This document shows positions 25,831 to 35,700 of a stretch of DNA of 47,652 bases, in pieces. Under the pieces are notes generated by a model, which saw only the letters and a program-made list of their open reading frames with translations, made no database searches and was not told the DNA's origin. Both the position numbers and the translations under genes were made by a program. Position 1 is the first letter of the stretch; each line of letters opens with the position of its first letter. The DNA comes from a virus (Duplodnaviria > Caudoviricetes), in IMG/VR virus record IMGVR_UViG_3300010376_000050, positions 1 to 47,652 of that record; one strand, 5' to 3'.

Positions 25831-28272
25831 TTACGGACCAGTGTCGAGCGGGTGCGGATATTGATACGGCTTGTAATACTGCACCCACGTATCCTTGCCT
25901 GCGCACACGAACAGTGTGTTCGTATCTGTCTCCCAATACCCCACCCCCGGACTGTTTCCCGCGGGATAGGTTGCGGGGTTCATCGTGCAAGTTAATGGCC
26001 GGGAAGCGTGAGTTCCCGCGCCCGTCCCGCTGGTCCCGTTAAACACCGTGGTGTACGGGAAGTCGTCCCGGTTCGCCGCGGGCGCCGTTCCGTTGAAGTT
26101 CATGTTCAGCGCCATCGCCGTCGCAGCAGCCTTGGTCTCGAGCCACTGGTACCACGGCTCGAGTTTCTGTCTGGGCCAGGTCGCCGGACAGGAGCCGAGC
26201 GTCGAGTTCGCCTTTCCGCATCCCGATCCGTGCCCCGCGGGCGGCAGCCAGTCGCCGGAAAGGAGGTCGCCCTGTCCGCGCCCTACTTCATCGAAGCAAG
26301 CGTACCCGGTCGCGTCCAGGTTCTGATCGATGGGAGAAGATTTCCCGGAGGAACCCACTCCGCAGTACCCGGGCCCGGTCGGATAGGGAGTCGCCGCGTG
26401 CCCGCTCGCGAGCTCGCGCAGTACCCGGAACACGATCACGTTCGAGTAGCCTGCCGTATAAGTGTTGCCCCAGTCCACGCCCGTGCCGCCGCCGATCTCC
26501 CCGCCCGCGAACTGATTGTTGGCCGGATTGGGATTGTGGAAATAGTTGTGATATGCCTCGATCGCCCGGCAGGTGCGTTCGTTCTCCGTGCCTTGACCTA
26601 CGCCGTGCGATTGGTACGCTCCCGAATACCCCACGACGATCAAACGGTTGTAACGCAGCACCATCCTCCCGCCGTTCTTGCAATCGTTCGCGAAGCCACC
26701 GTTCATCAGGTTATCTTCGATGAAGATGAATTGCGAACTGCCCAGATTGGCGGGTTGATTGAACTCTTTGTCTCCGTAGCCGGTCCCGTTGTACACCTTC
26801 ACATTGTTGTTCTGCTGCGGCGCCTCGAACAGGTTGTGATCGATCACGCCGTAGACTGGCGAGTAGTTTAGCTGAATGGCCGTTCCGGCGTTCTGCGGCG
26901 AATACGTGTTGAAGTTGAAGCGGCAGTGGTCCACGCGCAGGCCCGGAGTTCCGCCGCCCACATTTATGACCCCGTTGAATTTCGCCTGTCCGGTTCCACC
27001 TCTGAAAGTGAGCCCCGTGATCCGCAAGCTGTTCGCCGCCCCCGCGCTCAGCGTGAGGACCGGCTGGCCACTCGCGAAGCCGTCTACGAGGACCGTATTG
27101 TCCGTTGACGTGCAGCTATAGGTGGAGCTGCCGGGAGTCCCGGTGCAGTTCACTATCGTGTTGCCTTGGAGCGTCACGCTCGCGACCGCCGCGGGAACCG
27201 TCAGCGTCTTGTTGGCCGTCCAGGTCGTGGTGCAGTTCGGGAACTTGAGCACGTAGGAGCCGCTGGACATCTGCCCCCAAGCGTTCGCGAGAGCCGTTTG
27301 GCTGCAGTCGGACAAGTTGATCGTCGATCCGCCGCCACCTCCACCGCCGCTCGAAGCGCACTGATACACCGCCGTGCCAGCCATCAAGCCAGGATAGGTT
27401 GCCGTGACGGTGAACGGGCCGCCCGATTGCGCGCAGGAGAATGTCGTGGTCAGACCCGAAGTTGGAATGATCGAAGCAACCCCTCCGCTCGGAGCGATAG
27501 ACCAATTTGCCGAATAACCGTTGCTCGCTACGTTCCCGATCGCCTTCACGGTCAGTGGCGATCCGACCTGCACCGGAATAGGAGTCGCGCCGTTATTAGG
27601 AACTACGATCAACGAGTAGTTAGGATCGGTGACCGTGAACTGGATCGCAGACGATGCCAGGCCACCGTTGTTGACAGTGACCGGATAGTTTCCCGCGACC
27701 GCGTAGAGACTGGTGGGAACGGGGGCGGAACAAGACGTCGCGCCGGGGCAAGTGGTGGTGAGCGCCGTCGATCCCCACTTGATTACCGAATCCGCCTCAA
27801 AGCCTGTGCCTGTCGCTGTAATCGAAAGGCTCGTGTCTGGTACAGAAGCAGTGGTTGGAGAGATGGAACTCAGCACTGGAGGATTGGCTGTGCCTGCGAC
27901 AGTGACAGGAACGGATCCGGAAGATTGGCCGCTGGTTGTGTTAACTACCTTGACCTGGAGAGTTCCCGCGGTTACGAGCGATGCCGATGGCACTGTGGCA
28001 TTCAGTTGCTTGTCGGAAAAGAATGATGTCTGCAAATACTGTGTGCCACCAAGCATCGCCACCGAGTCTCTATCGAAGCCCGAACCTGTGAGCAACAGTT
28101 GGGTGTGCTCGGAGCCAGCAGCAATGGTGGACGGATAAACGGAGTCCAATATAGGCGCAACACCAGCCTTGGGACGCAGGAAAAGATAGAACAACCCGGC
28201 GAGAACGATGGCTGTCCCGGCGACGTAGAGCGCCTTCTTGCTGTGTATTAGCTTCTCAGTGTCCATGACCAT
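25831..28272 (-). CDS. Membrane-anchored adhesin-like protein: IPT/TIG-like and Ig-like domains plus right-handed beta-helix
   Basis: N-terminal TM; two PxLxSxxP...TGxGF repeats; poly-Gly linker; VDHC/IDHN/IEDN beta-helix coils; ends YKPYQYPHPL. Confidence 0.75.
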   Translation of the reverse strand: MVMDTEKLIHSKKALYVAGTAIVLAGLFYLFLRPKAGVAPILDSVYPSTIAAGSEHTQLLLTGSGFDRDSVAMLGGTQYLQTSFFSDKQLNATVPSASLVTAGTLQVKVVNTTSGQSSGSVPVTVAGTANPPVLSSISPTTASVPDTSLSITATGTGFEADSVIKWGSTALTTTCPGATSCSAPVPTSLYAVAGNYPVTVNNGGLASSAIQFTVTDPNYSLIVVPNNGATPIPVQVGSPLTVKAIGNVASNGYSANWSIAPSGGVASIIPTSGLTTTFSCAQSGGPFTVTATYPGLMAGTAVYQCASSGGGGGGGSTINLSDCSQTALANAWGQMSSGSYVLKFPNCTTTWTANKTLTVPAAVASVTLQGNTIVNCTGTPGSSTYSCTSTDNTVLVDGFASGQPVLTLSAGAANSLRITGLTFRGGTGQAKFNGVINVGGGTPGLRVDHCRFNFNTYSPQNAGTAIQLNYSPVYGVIDHNLFEAPQQNNNVKVYNGTGYGDKEFNQPANLGSSQFIFIEDNLMNGGFANDCKNGGRMVLRYNRLIVVGYSGAYQSHGVGQGTENERTCRAIEAYHNYFHNPNPANNQFAGGEIGGGTGVDWGNTYTAGYSNVIVFRVLRELASGHAATPYPTGPGYCGVGSSGKSSPIDQNLDATGYACFDEVGRGQGDLLSGDWLPPAGHGSGCGKANSTLGSCPATWPRQKLEPWYQWLETKAAATAMALNMNFNGTAPAANRDDFPYTTVFNGTSGTGAGTHASRPLTCTMNPATYPAGNSPGVGYWETDTNTLFVCAGKDTWVQYYKPYQYPHPLDTGP

Positions 28273-28275
28273 CTC

Positions 28276-31200
28276 CTATGGTCCAGCCAAAGGATGAGGG
28301 TATTGGTACGGCTGGTAATACTGCGTCCACGTGTTCGTAGCAGTGCACACGAAAAGCGTATTGGTGTCCGTTTCCCAGTAACCTACGCCTGGACTGTTGC
28401 CCGCAGGATAGGCTATAGAGTTAGCTGTGCATGTTGCAGGCCGTGAAGCGTGAGTTCCTGCGCCCGTCCCGCTCGCCCCAGTGAATGAAGTCGTGTATGC
28501 GAAGAAATCCTTGTTTGCCACGACTGAGCTGCCATTGAATACCACGCTAGTGGCCATGTTCGTAGCAGCATCTTTGGTTTCAAGCCACTGATACCAAGGT
28601 TCTATTTTCTGTCTGGGCCATGTGGCGGGATTCGTGCCTTGAGTCGTATTGGTTTTACCGCTGCCGCCATCAACAGGCCAGTTCCCGGCAAGTAAGTCTC
28701 CCTGCCCTCGACCCACAATATCGAAACAGGCATAGCCGGTAGCATCTGAGTTCTGATCCATTGGGGAGGAACTTCCATTCGAACCCGTGCCGCAATAGCC
28801 AGGACTCTGAGGATAAGCGGACATTGCGTGAGCGGCCACTTCCCGCATGATTCTGAATACAGTCACGTTCTGATAGCCTGCGGTATAGGTATTCCCCCAG
28901 TCCATTCCGGTGCCGCTCGACACCTCGCCCCCAGCATATTGTGAGTTCCCCGTCGGATTAGGATTTTGGAAGTAGTTCTTGTAAGCCTCGATGACTCTGC
29001 ACCCGCGTCCACTGTTCCCTTGTCCAACACCATGAGACTGATACTCGCCAGAATATCCCACTACAACCAAGTGGTTGTAGCGCAGGACCATGCGCCCGCC
29101 ATACTGGCAATCGTTCGCAAACCCTCCGTTGAAGTAGTTAGATTCTATGAATATCGCCTGTGAACTCCCCAGATTGGCTGGCTGGTTGTAGTCAACATCC
29201 CCACCGCTCGACCCGTTATAGACTTTCACCATGTTGCCTTGGTTCGGGGCCTCGAAAAGATTGTGGTCAACCACTCCATAGACTGGCGAAAAGCTGAGCA
29301 GGATTGCAGTGCCGTTGTTCTGCGTGGCCGACGTGTTGAAGTTGAAATGGTTGTGGTCCGCACGAAAGCTTGAAGTGCTGCCGCCGACGGCAACTACCCC
29401 GTTGAATTTCGCCCCGCCTGTTCCGCCGTTGAAAGTCATCCCAGTGATGCGTAAACTCCCCGTGGATCCAACGCTGAATATAACAGCCCTGTCGTTGCCT
29501 GAAATGTTATCCACGATCACTGTTCCGCTCGTGCCATTGGCGTCTGCACAGCTATAAGTCGAGCTGCCCGCTGTGCCTGTACAGTTCACAGTCGTTCCAC
29601 CTTGAACTGTTACGGTAGCTCCAGAGGGGACCGTGAGAGTGGTAGGAATGCTGGCCCACTGTCCCGAGGTGCTTGGGCAAGGAGACGGGAAAACTATGAT
29701 GTAGGCTGCGTTGGCAGCCACCGAACTCCACTTTGATTGCAACTGTGCTTGGCTGCAATCAGTCATGCTCAAGATCGTTCCCGAGCCGCTGCTAACACAA
29801 TTTAGCGAAGCTGGATTGACCGATGAAATTCCCGTATTCGTAGCGGTTATTGATACCGTGCCCACCGCGTTGCAGGTAGCCAGACCAGCATTGGTGATCG
29901 TGGCAAACAAGGTGTTAGAGCTGCCCCAATTCGTACAGTTGTAAGCGTTCCCGCTTTGAGTTCCGACGCAACTATATTGCTGCTGTCCTGGCGGGTTGAT
30001 GACTAGAGTTCGCGTCGTGGGATTGATCGAAAGAGAGGTGTCCGTGGTGGTTGAAGTTACGGTGAGCGTGGCCGCGCCTGTGGGGGAACCGCCCGCGTAG
30101 GTGCCTGTAATCGTCGTGGTGCAAGTGGTCGTAATGGTCAGGGCGGTTATAACCCCGGTGGCACCATTGACAGTGGCGCAGGAAAGATTGCTGGAAGTAG
30201 AGGTCACGGTCCCGGCCGGTACTGTTGCTCCGGTAGCCGTAAGGGCTAAGCCTGCCGTGACCGCATAACCATTCGACGTGGTGTTAATGACGTCGGCAGC
30301 CCCGGAGCTGGTGTTCAACAAACTGGTGGCCGCCGTTTTCTCGCTATTCGGCAGAGAATTTTGGGCTTCCAAGGTATAAGGAGAATTTACTGAAGCGATG
30401 CTGCCGCCATTCACCGCCCAACCTCTTAGAATCGCGTCCGTAGTTCCAGTGGGACTCAGGGTCGCGCCTGTTATGGCTGTAGCTAAAGTTAGCCGCTTAA
30501 CAGTTGCTGCTGTATCAAATGACCATGTTCCGTTGCTTGGTGCCAATTCCCAATAATAAACGTAAGTCTGCGAAGAACCTGAGAAGGTAATAGGTATAGA
30601 TGTCATTCCCGCTGGGGCCGTGGCATAGGCACAGCTTACCGTTGAAAACACGTTGGTGTTGTCTGTGACCGAGCAGCCGCCGGGGATAGTCCAGGTAGCT
30701 GATCCCCCAACCGAAAATATCGGTGAGTTGTTTGCAGCCATGATGACCAAGGCGTTGCCCGAGGTAGTGGAAGGAACCGTGATTGTGATGCTGGAACAAG
30801 CAGTCGTGCAGCTATTTCCAGTAGCGGAAGATGGTCCGTGAGTTGTTGTCCAAGTGCCGCTCGCGGTTCCGCCAGGAGCAAGAGGAAGGTTAGCCGTGGA
30901 ACCATCATTGTAATTTCCTGTATAGCTGACCGTCGTCGTGCCCCCGCTTGGAATGCTTGATTGGGCCAGATTGGCAGTCATCGAGGAAAGACTGGCTACC
31001 GTGATTCCAGAGGAAGCCACAAAGTCATTCGACAGTGGTGTCGGACTAGTGGAATCAACCACATGTACGGTGAAGCTGGAACCGGCTGCCGCCGTGGTAG
31101 GTATGCCAGTGAACAGACACCCGGTGTCGCCGCCAATATTGGCTTGGGTTATCCCGGCCGGCAGCGATCCCAGACTGATCGTACAGGTATAAGGAGCCGT

Positions 31201-31983
31201 GGCTCCCGTAGCCGTAATTCTGACTCCTTGACCAACGCCTTGGGAGCCATTGACCCCGGTCGGAGCCACTGAATAGGATCGCAGAATCTGCCCGTTGGGC
31301 AGAGGATTTGTGTTTTGAATTGTGACGCTGCCAGTCGCTCCGACAACCGTCGCGACAGCCGTACCAGTGAGGCTTAAGAAAGCGGCATTCACGTTGCAAG
31401 TCCCAACCGTCGTTCCCGCCGTGAAGAGTCCCGTAGCTGCACCTACCGTGCTTCCAGTGCAGCCACCAGTACCACCCGAGGGTGTCCATGCCGCCAATGT
31501 GGTTACGTCGATAGTAGTGTTGTTGCTGTAAGCCGCCGAGGCCGCAAATTGCTGCGTCGCAGATTTGTTTACGTTCGCCGTGAGCGGGCTGACTGTAATC
31601 AAGGAAAGATTGGCAACAGTTATTGCAATCTGTTTTTGCTCTACCTTACCCTGGGAATCTACCCACTTAACGGTCCAAAGCGCAGTTCCTGCCGTGGGAG
31701 TTGCTCCAGAGATAGAGGCAGTTCCACCAACCGTCAATATAATACCTAGCTGTGTGGCCGTTCCGCTTACGCGCGTCCACGTAACTGAACCGACCGCTCC
31801 GACTGCAACAAAGTTTCCGCTGCTGTACGATATTCCTTCCTGCGCATTTGTGTTGGGGATGGTGATATCAAGGAACGGTTGGGCGCAGATACCGGAATGA
31901 CCCGCAGTAGTGCCGCATTGCGCTCGGGCCAGCAACGGGAAGGCGAGAAGCAGTAACAACAGCCTGTAGATCGTCCGCATCAT
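28276..31983 (-). CDS. Secreted Ig-like repeat adhesin with C-terminal beta-helix (1235 aa)
   Basis: Sec signal ...LLARA|Q; putative Ig (GSLPAGI...GIPT) and Big_2-like repeats; C-terminus paralogous to the 813-aa protein. Confidence 0.75.
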   Translation of the reverse strand: MMRTIYRLLLLLLAFPLLARAQCGTTAGHSGICAQPFLDITIPNTNAQEGISYSSGNFVAVGAVGSVTWTRVSGTATQLGIILTVGGTASISGATPTAGTALWTVKWVDSQGKVEQKQIAITVANLSLITVSPLTANVNKSATQQFAASAAYSNNTTIDVTTLAAWTPSGGTGGCTGSTVGAATGLFTAGTTVGTCNVNAAFLSLTGTAVATVVGATGSVTIQNTNPLPNGQILRSYSVAPTGVNGSQGVGQGVRITATGATAPYTCTISLGSLPAGITQANIGGDTGCLFTGIPTTAAAGSSFTVHVVDSTSPTPLSNDFVASSGITVASLSSMTANLAQSSIPSGGTTTVSYTGNYNDGSTANLPLAPGGTASGTWTTTHGPSSATGNSCTTACSSITITVPSTTSGNALVIMAANNSPIFSVGGSATWTIPGGCSVTDNTNVFSTVSCAYATAPAGMTSIPITFSGSSQTYVYYWELAPSNGTWSFDTAATVKRLTLATAITGATLSPTGTTDAILRGWAVNGGSIASVNSPYTLEAQNSLPNSEKTAATSLLNTSSGAADVINTTSNGYAVTAGLALTATGATVPAGTVTSTSSNLSCATVNGATGVITALTITTTCTTTITGTYAGGSPTGAATLTVTSTTTDTSLSINPTTRTLVINPPGQQQYSCVGTQSGNAYNCTNWGSSNTLFATITNAGLATCNAVGTVSITATNTGISSVNPASLNCVSSGSGTILSMTDCSQAQLQSKWSSVAANAAYIIVFPSPCPSTSGQWASIPTTLTVPSGATVTVQGGTTVNCTGTAGSSTYSCADANGTSGTVIVDNISGNDRAVIFSVGSTGSLRITGMTFNGGTGGAKFNGVVAVGGSTSSFRADHNHFNFNTSATQNNGTAILLSFSPVYGVVDHNLFEAPNQGNMVKVYNGSSGGDVDYNQPANLGSSQAIFIESNYFNGGFANDCQYGGRMVLRYNHLVVVGYSGEYQSHGVGQGNSGRGCRVIEAYKNYFQNPNPTGNSQYAGGEVSSGTGMDWGNTYTAGYQNVTVFRIMREVAAHAMSAYPQSPGYCGTGSNGSSSPMDQNSDATGYACFDIVGRGQGDLLAGNWPVDGGSGKTNTTQGTNPATWPRQKIEPWYQWLETKDAATNMATSVVFNGSSVVANKDFFAYTTSFTGASGTGAGTHASRPATCTANSIAYPAGNSPGVGYWETDTNTLFVCTATNTWTQYYQPYQYPHPLAGP

Positions 31984-32735
31984 TTGTGGAAAGCCGATAT
32001 CAAAATAATGTACTTGGTTCCGCTCGTGCTGAGCGTAGTCGCCGGCGTGATGGTTGCTATAGTCTGCTGCTGATACGAAGCCATGTTGCTGGCCGATACG
32101 TTAAGATATGTAAGCAAGGAACCATTACTCTCCGTACCCGACCCCGCCCAACTGCATCCTATGAACAATTCGTTATTCTGCGAAACGGTCATGGTAGTCG
32201 GGGAATTGCACTTCATGTTGTTCGTGCCCGTGCCGGAAGTGGTAGTGCCGTCTGTATCCTTGCAAGACGAATCAAGTGGTGAAGCGGCGTTGCCGGTTAT
32301 CAGAGCTGCTTCGCAGAATATGTTGGCTGAAGCGGAATTCCGGCAAGTAACCGCGTCGGTCCCAGAGCTGCCGGAGACGGTATAATATGTGCACATTACT
32401 TCATTTGCTAAGTCGGTGGTAGATTGTATGAAGCCGTAGCTATTTCCAAGCGTATCCGTAGGGTTGGTGCCGGTGCACGTACCCCCGAAGCCCGCTAAGG
32501 TTTGGACGAAGATCAGCTTGCCGCTGGTCGGATTAGTGGAGAAGTTGCCAACGGTGCAGGATGTAACGGTGCTACAAAACAGCGATTGCCGATCCACGAT
32601 CGTTGGCCCGGTGTAGCCAGCCACCGTGACTTTCCTGTGTCCGCCCGTACTGATGACGGCATCCTGAGCAAACAGGGAAAGAGTCAGCCCTGCGAACACG
32701 ACCGCCGCCCTTATTGCGTAAAAGCCACGACCCAT
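31980..32735 (-). CDS. Secreted Cys/Thr/Ser-rich beta protein (251 aa)
   Basis: Signal ...LTLSLFA|Q; TDTLGNSY motif. Confidence 0.7.
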   Translation of the reverse strand: MGRGFYAIRAAVVFAGLTLSLFAQDAVISTGGHRKVTVAGYTGPTIVDRQSLFCSTVTSCTVGNFSTNPTSGKLIFVQTLAGFGGTCTGTNPTDTLGNSYGFIQSTTDLANEVMCTYYTVSGSSGTDAVTCRNSASANIFCEAALITGNAASPLDSSCKDTDGTTTSGTGTNNMKCNSPTTMTVSQNNELFIGCSWAGSGTESNGSLLTYLNVSASNMASYQQQTIATITPATTLSTSGTKYIILISAFHK

Positions 32736-35700
32736 GTTGATTGCTTGCTCGCTCCGTCAGAAACAAACGTAAACTTGATGTAATCACCGCTCGCTATCGT
32801 CGTCGTCGCGCTCTGAGTTCCCGACGCAAAGGCGTTCGTGCAGGTGACGGCTCCAGTTAGGAGACCGGTGCCCGCTCCGTTCGTGGCGTTCAGCGTCGAG
32901 GTGCCGTTGTTATCCGTCAGACACTTGATGCTGGTGATCGTCCAGGTTACGCCACTGTAGTTATAGCAGGTATATTGCAGGTAGGTGCCGGACGTGATGG
33001 CGTTCAAACCGTCGCCGATGCCCGGCTCGCAGCCGAGTTTGCTATATTGAGCGGCGAGTTGCGTGGCCGTGACCGTGTTGTTAGTCATCATTGCGCCGGT
33101 CACGGACGAGCAAGTGCCCACGGCAGTAGCTTGGGCAATGGCTGTTACAACCTGGTTGGTGCAAGATGTGGCTGCCGAAAGAGTTGGATTCGGATACGTT
33201 CCCCCGAGTGCGCCACCCGCTGCACCGGACGGCGCTCCCGCCGCCCCACCGTCCGCCAAGCATGGATAGTTGGTGCCGAATACCGCAAGGTGGCCAGCCA
33301 CAGGGGATGTGCTGCATTGCAGGGCGAGATATTGCCATGCGGAAGCCAGCACGTTATAAGACATATCGGCCGACTGAGGACCGCATGTGAAGATTCCTCC
33401 TATTGTCGGAGGGCTGATGGACGGAGGAGTGTTGGCGGCAGTGCAGGGAAAGAACAGGTTGGGGCCATTGAAGTCGAAGGCATTCAGATACAATATGCTA
33501 ATCGGATTCGCCAGACTGCCTATCGTCTTGGAGTAAAAACCCCCTCCCGAAAGCCACTGCGCGAACAAAGTTCCCGTACCGTTGTCCAGCACGGCGGTCG
33601 TGGTAGTCGAGATAGTATTTATATCTACGGAATTCCCGGTCGAAGCCGCGTCGGAGATCTTGATGCCCACGCCGCCGTCGCCCGTCGGGTTGTTGAAGTT
33701 CGATATGTTGTTCCGCGAGAGGTCTACGTTGTTGCTGTTCGTCATGACGATCGCCGGGACCGTGCCGCCCGACCCCAGACCGGGGATGATGTTGTCGCTC
33801 ACGGAGCTGTTGCTGATGTTCGATACTACGATGAAGTTTTGGGCGACGGCCGTCGTGGCGAAGTTGCGCAGCGTGTTCCCGCGGACGAAAATTTCCGAGG
33901 ACTGCCCCGCCGTCGTGTTGCCGACGATCGAGATGCCCGTCGACGCAGTGGCCGTGAAGCTGTTCGGCTGACACTCGTTGTCGATGATCATCAACCCGAA
34001 CATCTGTATCGCCGCGCCGTTGTCGCTCGTTATCGAGATGCAGCCGTTGTTCGACCCGAACGAGTTGTTGTCCACGTGCGAGTAAGTCAAGTTCCCCGAG
34101 GACGACGCTTTCAGTTGGATATCCCAACCGACGCTCGCCGTCGGACCGTTGCCGCCGAAGATGTTCTTGTCGATGTACAGGCTCGAACCGCCGTTCGTGA
34201 AGTTGATCCCGCCCAGCAGGCCGTTCGCGAAGATGTTGCTCATCAGATAGACCTGGCTGAGGCTGGTCGACGAAGAGTAGACCAAGTACCCGCCGGTGGT
34301 TTGGTTGGCGCGGTTCCCGTCGACGTAGCAATACTCCAGCGTCAAGGTTCCACCGGCAGCGATGGTGATGACGTTGGCGTTCGAGGCGTTCGGAATCGTT
34401 ATCGTGGTCGAGGGAGTTCCGTTCGGCTGAGCGCAAATGATGTGCGTCGGCTTACTGATTGTTACAGCCCCGGCGTACGACCCGGCCGCCAGGAAAATCG
34501 AACCCCCGGCCCCGGGCAGTGCGTTCTCGGCAGCTTGAATCGTGGCCTTGGCCTGGTTGTAGGACAGTCCGTTGTTGGAATTGTTCCCGTACGTGGTGAC
34601 GTACATCACGCCGTCCGTCGCGCTCGGGATGTTCGACGACAAACCGGGTATGACGACGTTCGCGCTGCCCATGCCGCACAGGCTGCCGACCGGGCAGCTG
34701 GTATCGTAGCTCTTCAGGTTGTCGTAGTAGTCGAGCACGGTAGTGTCGTCGAGTCCGAGCGTGGCGGGGATGTAGTTGATCACCAGCCCGTAGACGTCGG
34801 TGCGGTTCGCCGCGGTCGCGCGTACAAACCCACCCAGCTCGCAGGTCGTCGAATCCGAGCCCCACTTCACGTAGCCGGAAAGCCAGACGTAATTCGTGGC
34901 CACCGTGAAAATATCGGGCTGGAGGTACGGGTAATAATTCGCGCGGGCAACCGATGACGCCGTGCACGCGCCTCCGGTCATAGACCAAGAGAACGGTGTG
35001 TTGCCCGTGAAAACACCGCCATCAGGCGCGCGGAACCAGCCGCCGTAGAGCACCCAGTCCCCCGCGTGAAATACACCCGTGACGTCGTAAACCGTCGCAC
35101 CGCCGAACGGAGAGATGGTAGAGGAGATGCGCGTCGCGTTCGCCGCCCCTATCGGGTCGCCGGTCGAAGCGAGGGTGGTCGTTCCACCCGTGTTGTAGGG
35201 AATCCAAGACGCCTGCGGAATCGAGACGTTGGCGTATTGAACCGGCTCGAGCGGGAAGGTGCGCTTCACCTGGTCGAGTTCTCCCATGACGCGCTGCCTT
35301 TGATAGCCCAGTTGTCGGTTGTTGATCGCGTCGGCCAGCAAATCAAAGCCATCGACTTTGTTCTGGCTGAGCAGAAGCATGGGACCTTTTACGGGAGCTT
35401 GCTGGCCCTGAACACCATTTACGACCACATCGTTGGGAGCCGCAGCATCTACCCTGACCGCGTAGGATGGCGGCGTGGCGGCACCGCCCGCACAGTCGGC
35501 GTTCGTGATGTGCTCGAACGTGTAGTGATTGCCCTGAGAATTGTCCAGCCAAACGACCGGATCACACACGCCGCCGGTCGAGCTGTCCAGCTCGGCCCAT
35601 TTGATATCTAACCCATTCACTTGACCGCCGTAGATTCTGATGCCCGAGTCACCACCAATAGAAACGTGATCGAGCGTTGCGATGCCCAGGGCCTTCAGCG

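Noticed and set aside
25831-28700. Diversity-generating retroelement (TR/VR-like similarity at two gene ends)
   Set aside because: No reverse transcriptase; differences are largely synonymous and not adenine-specific.
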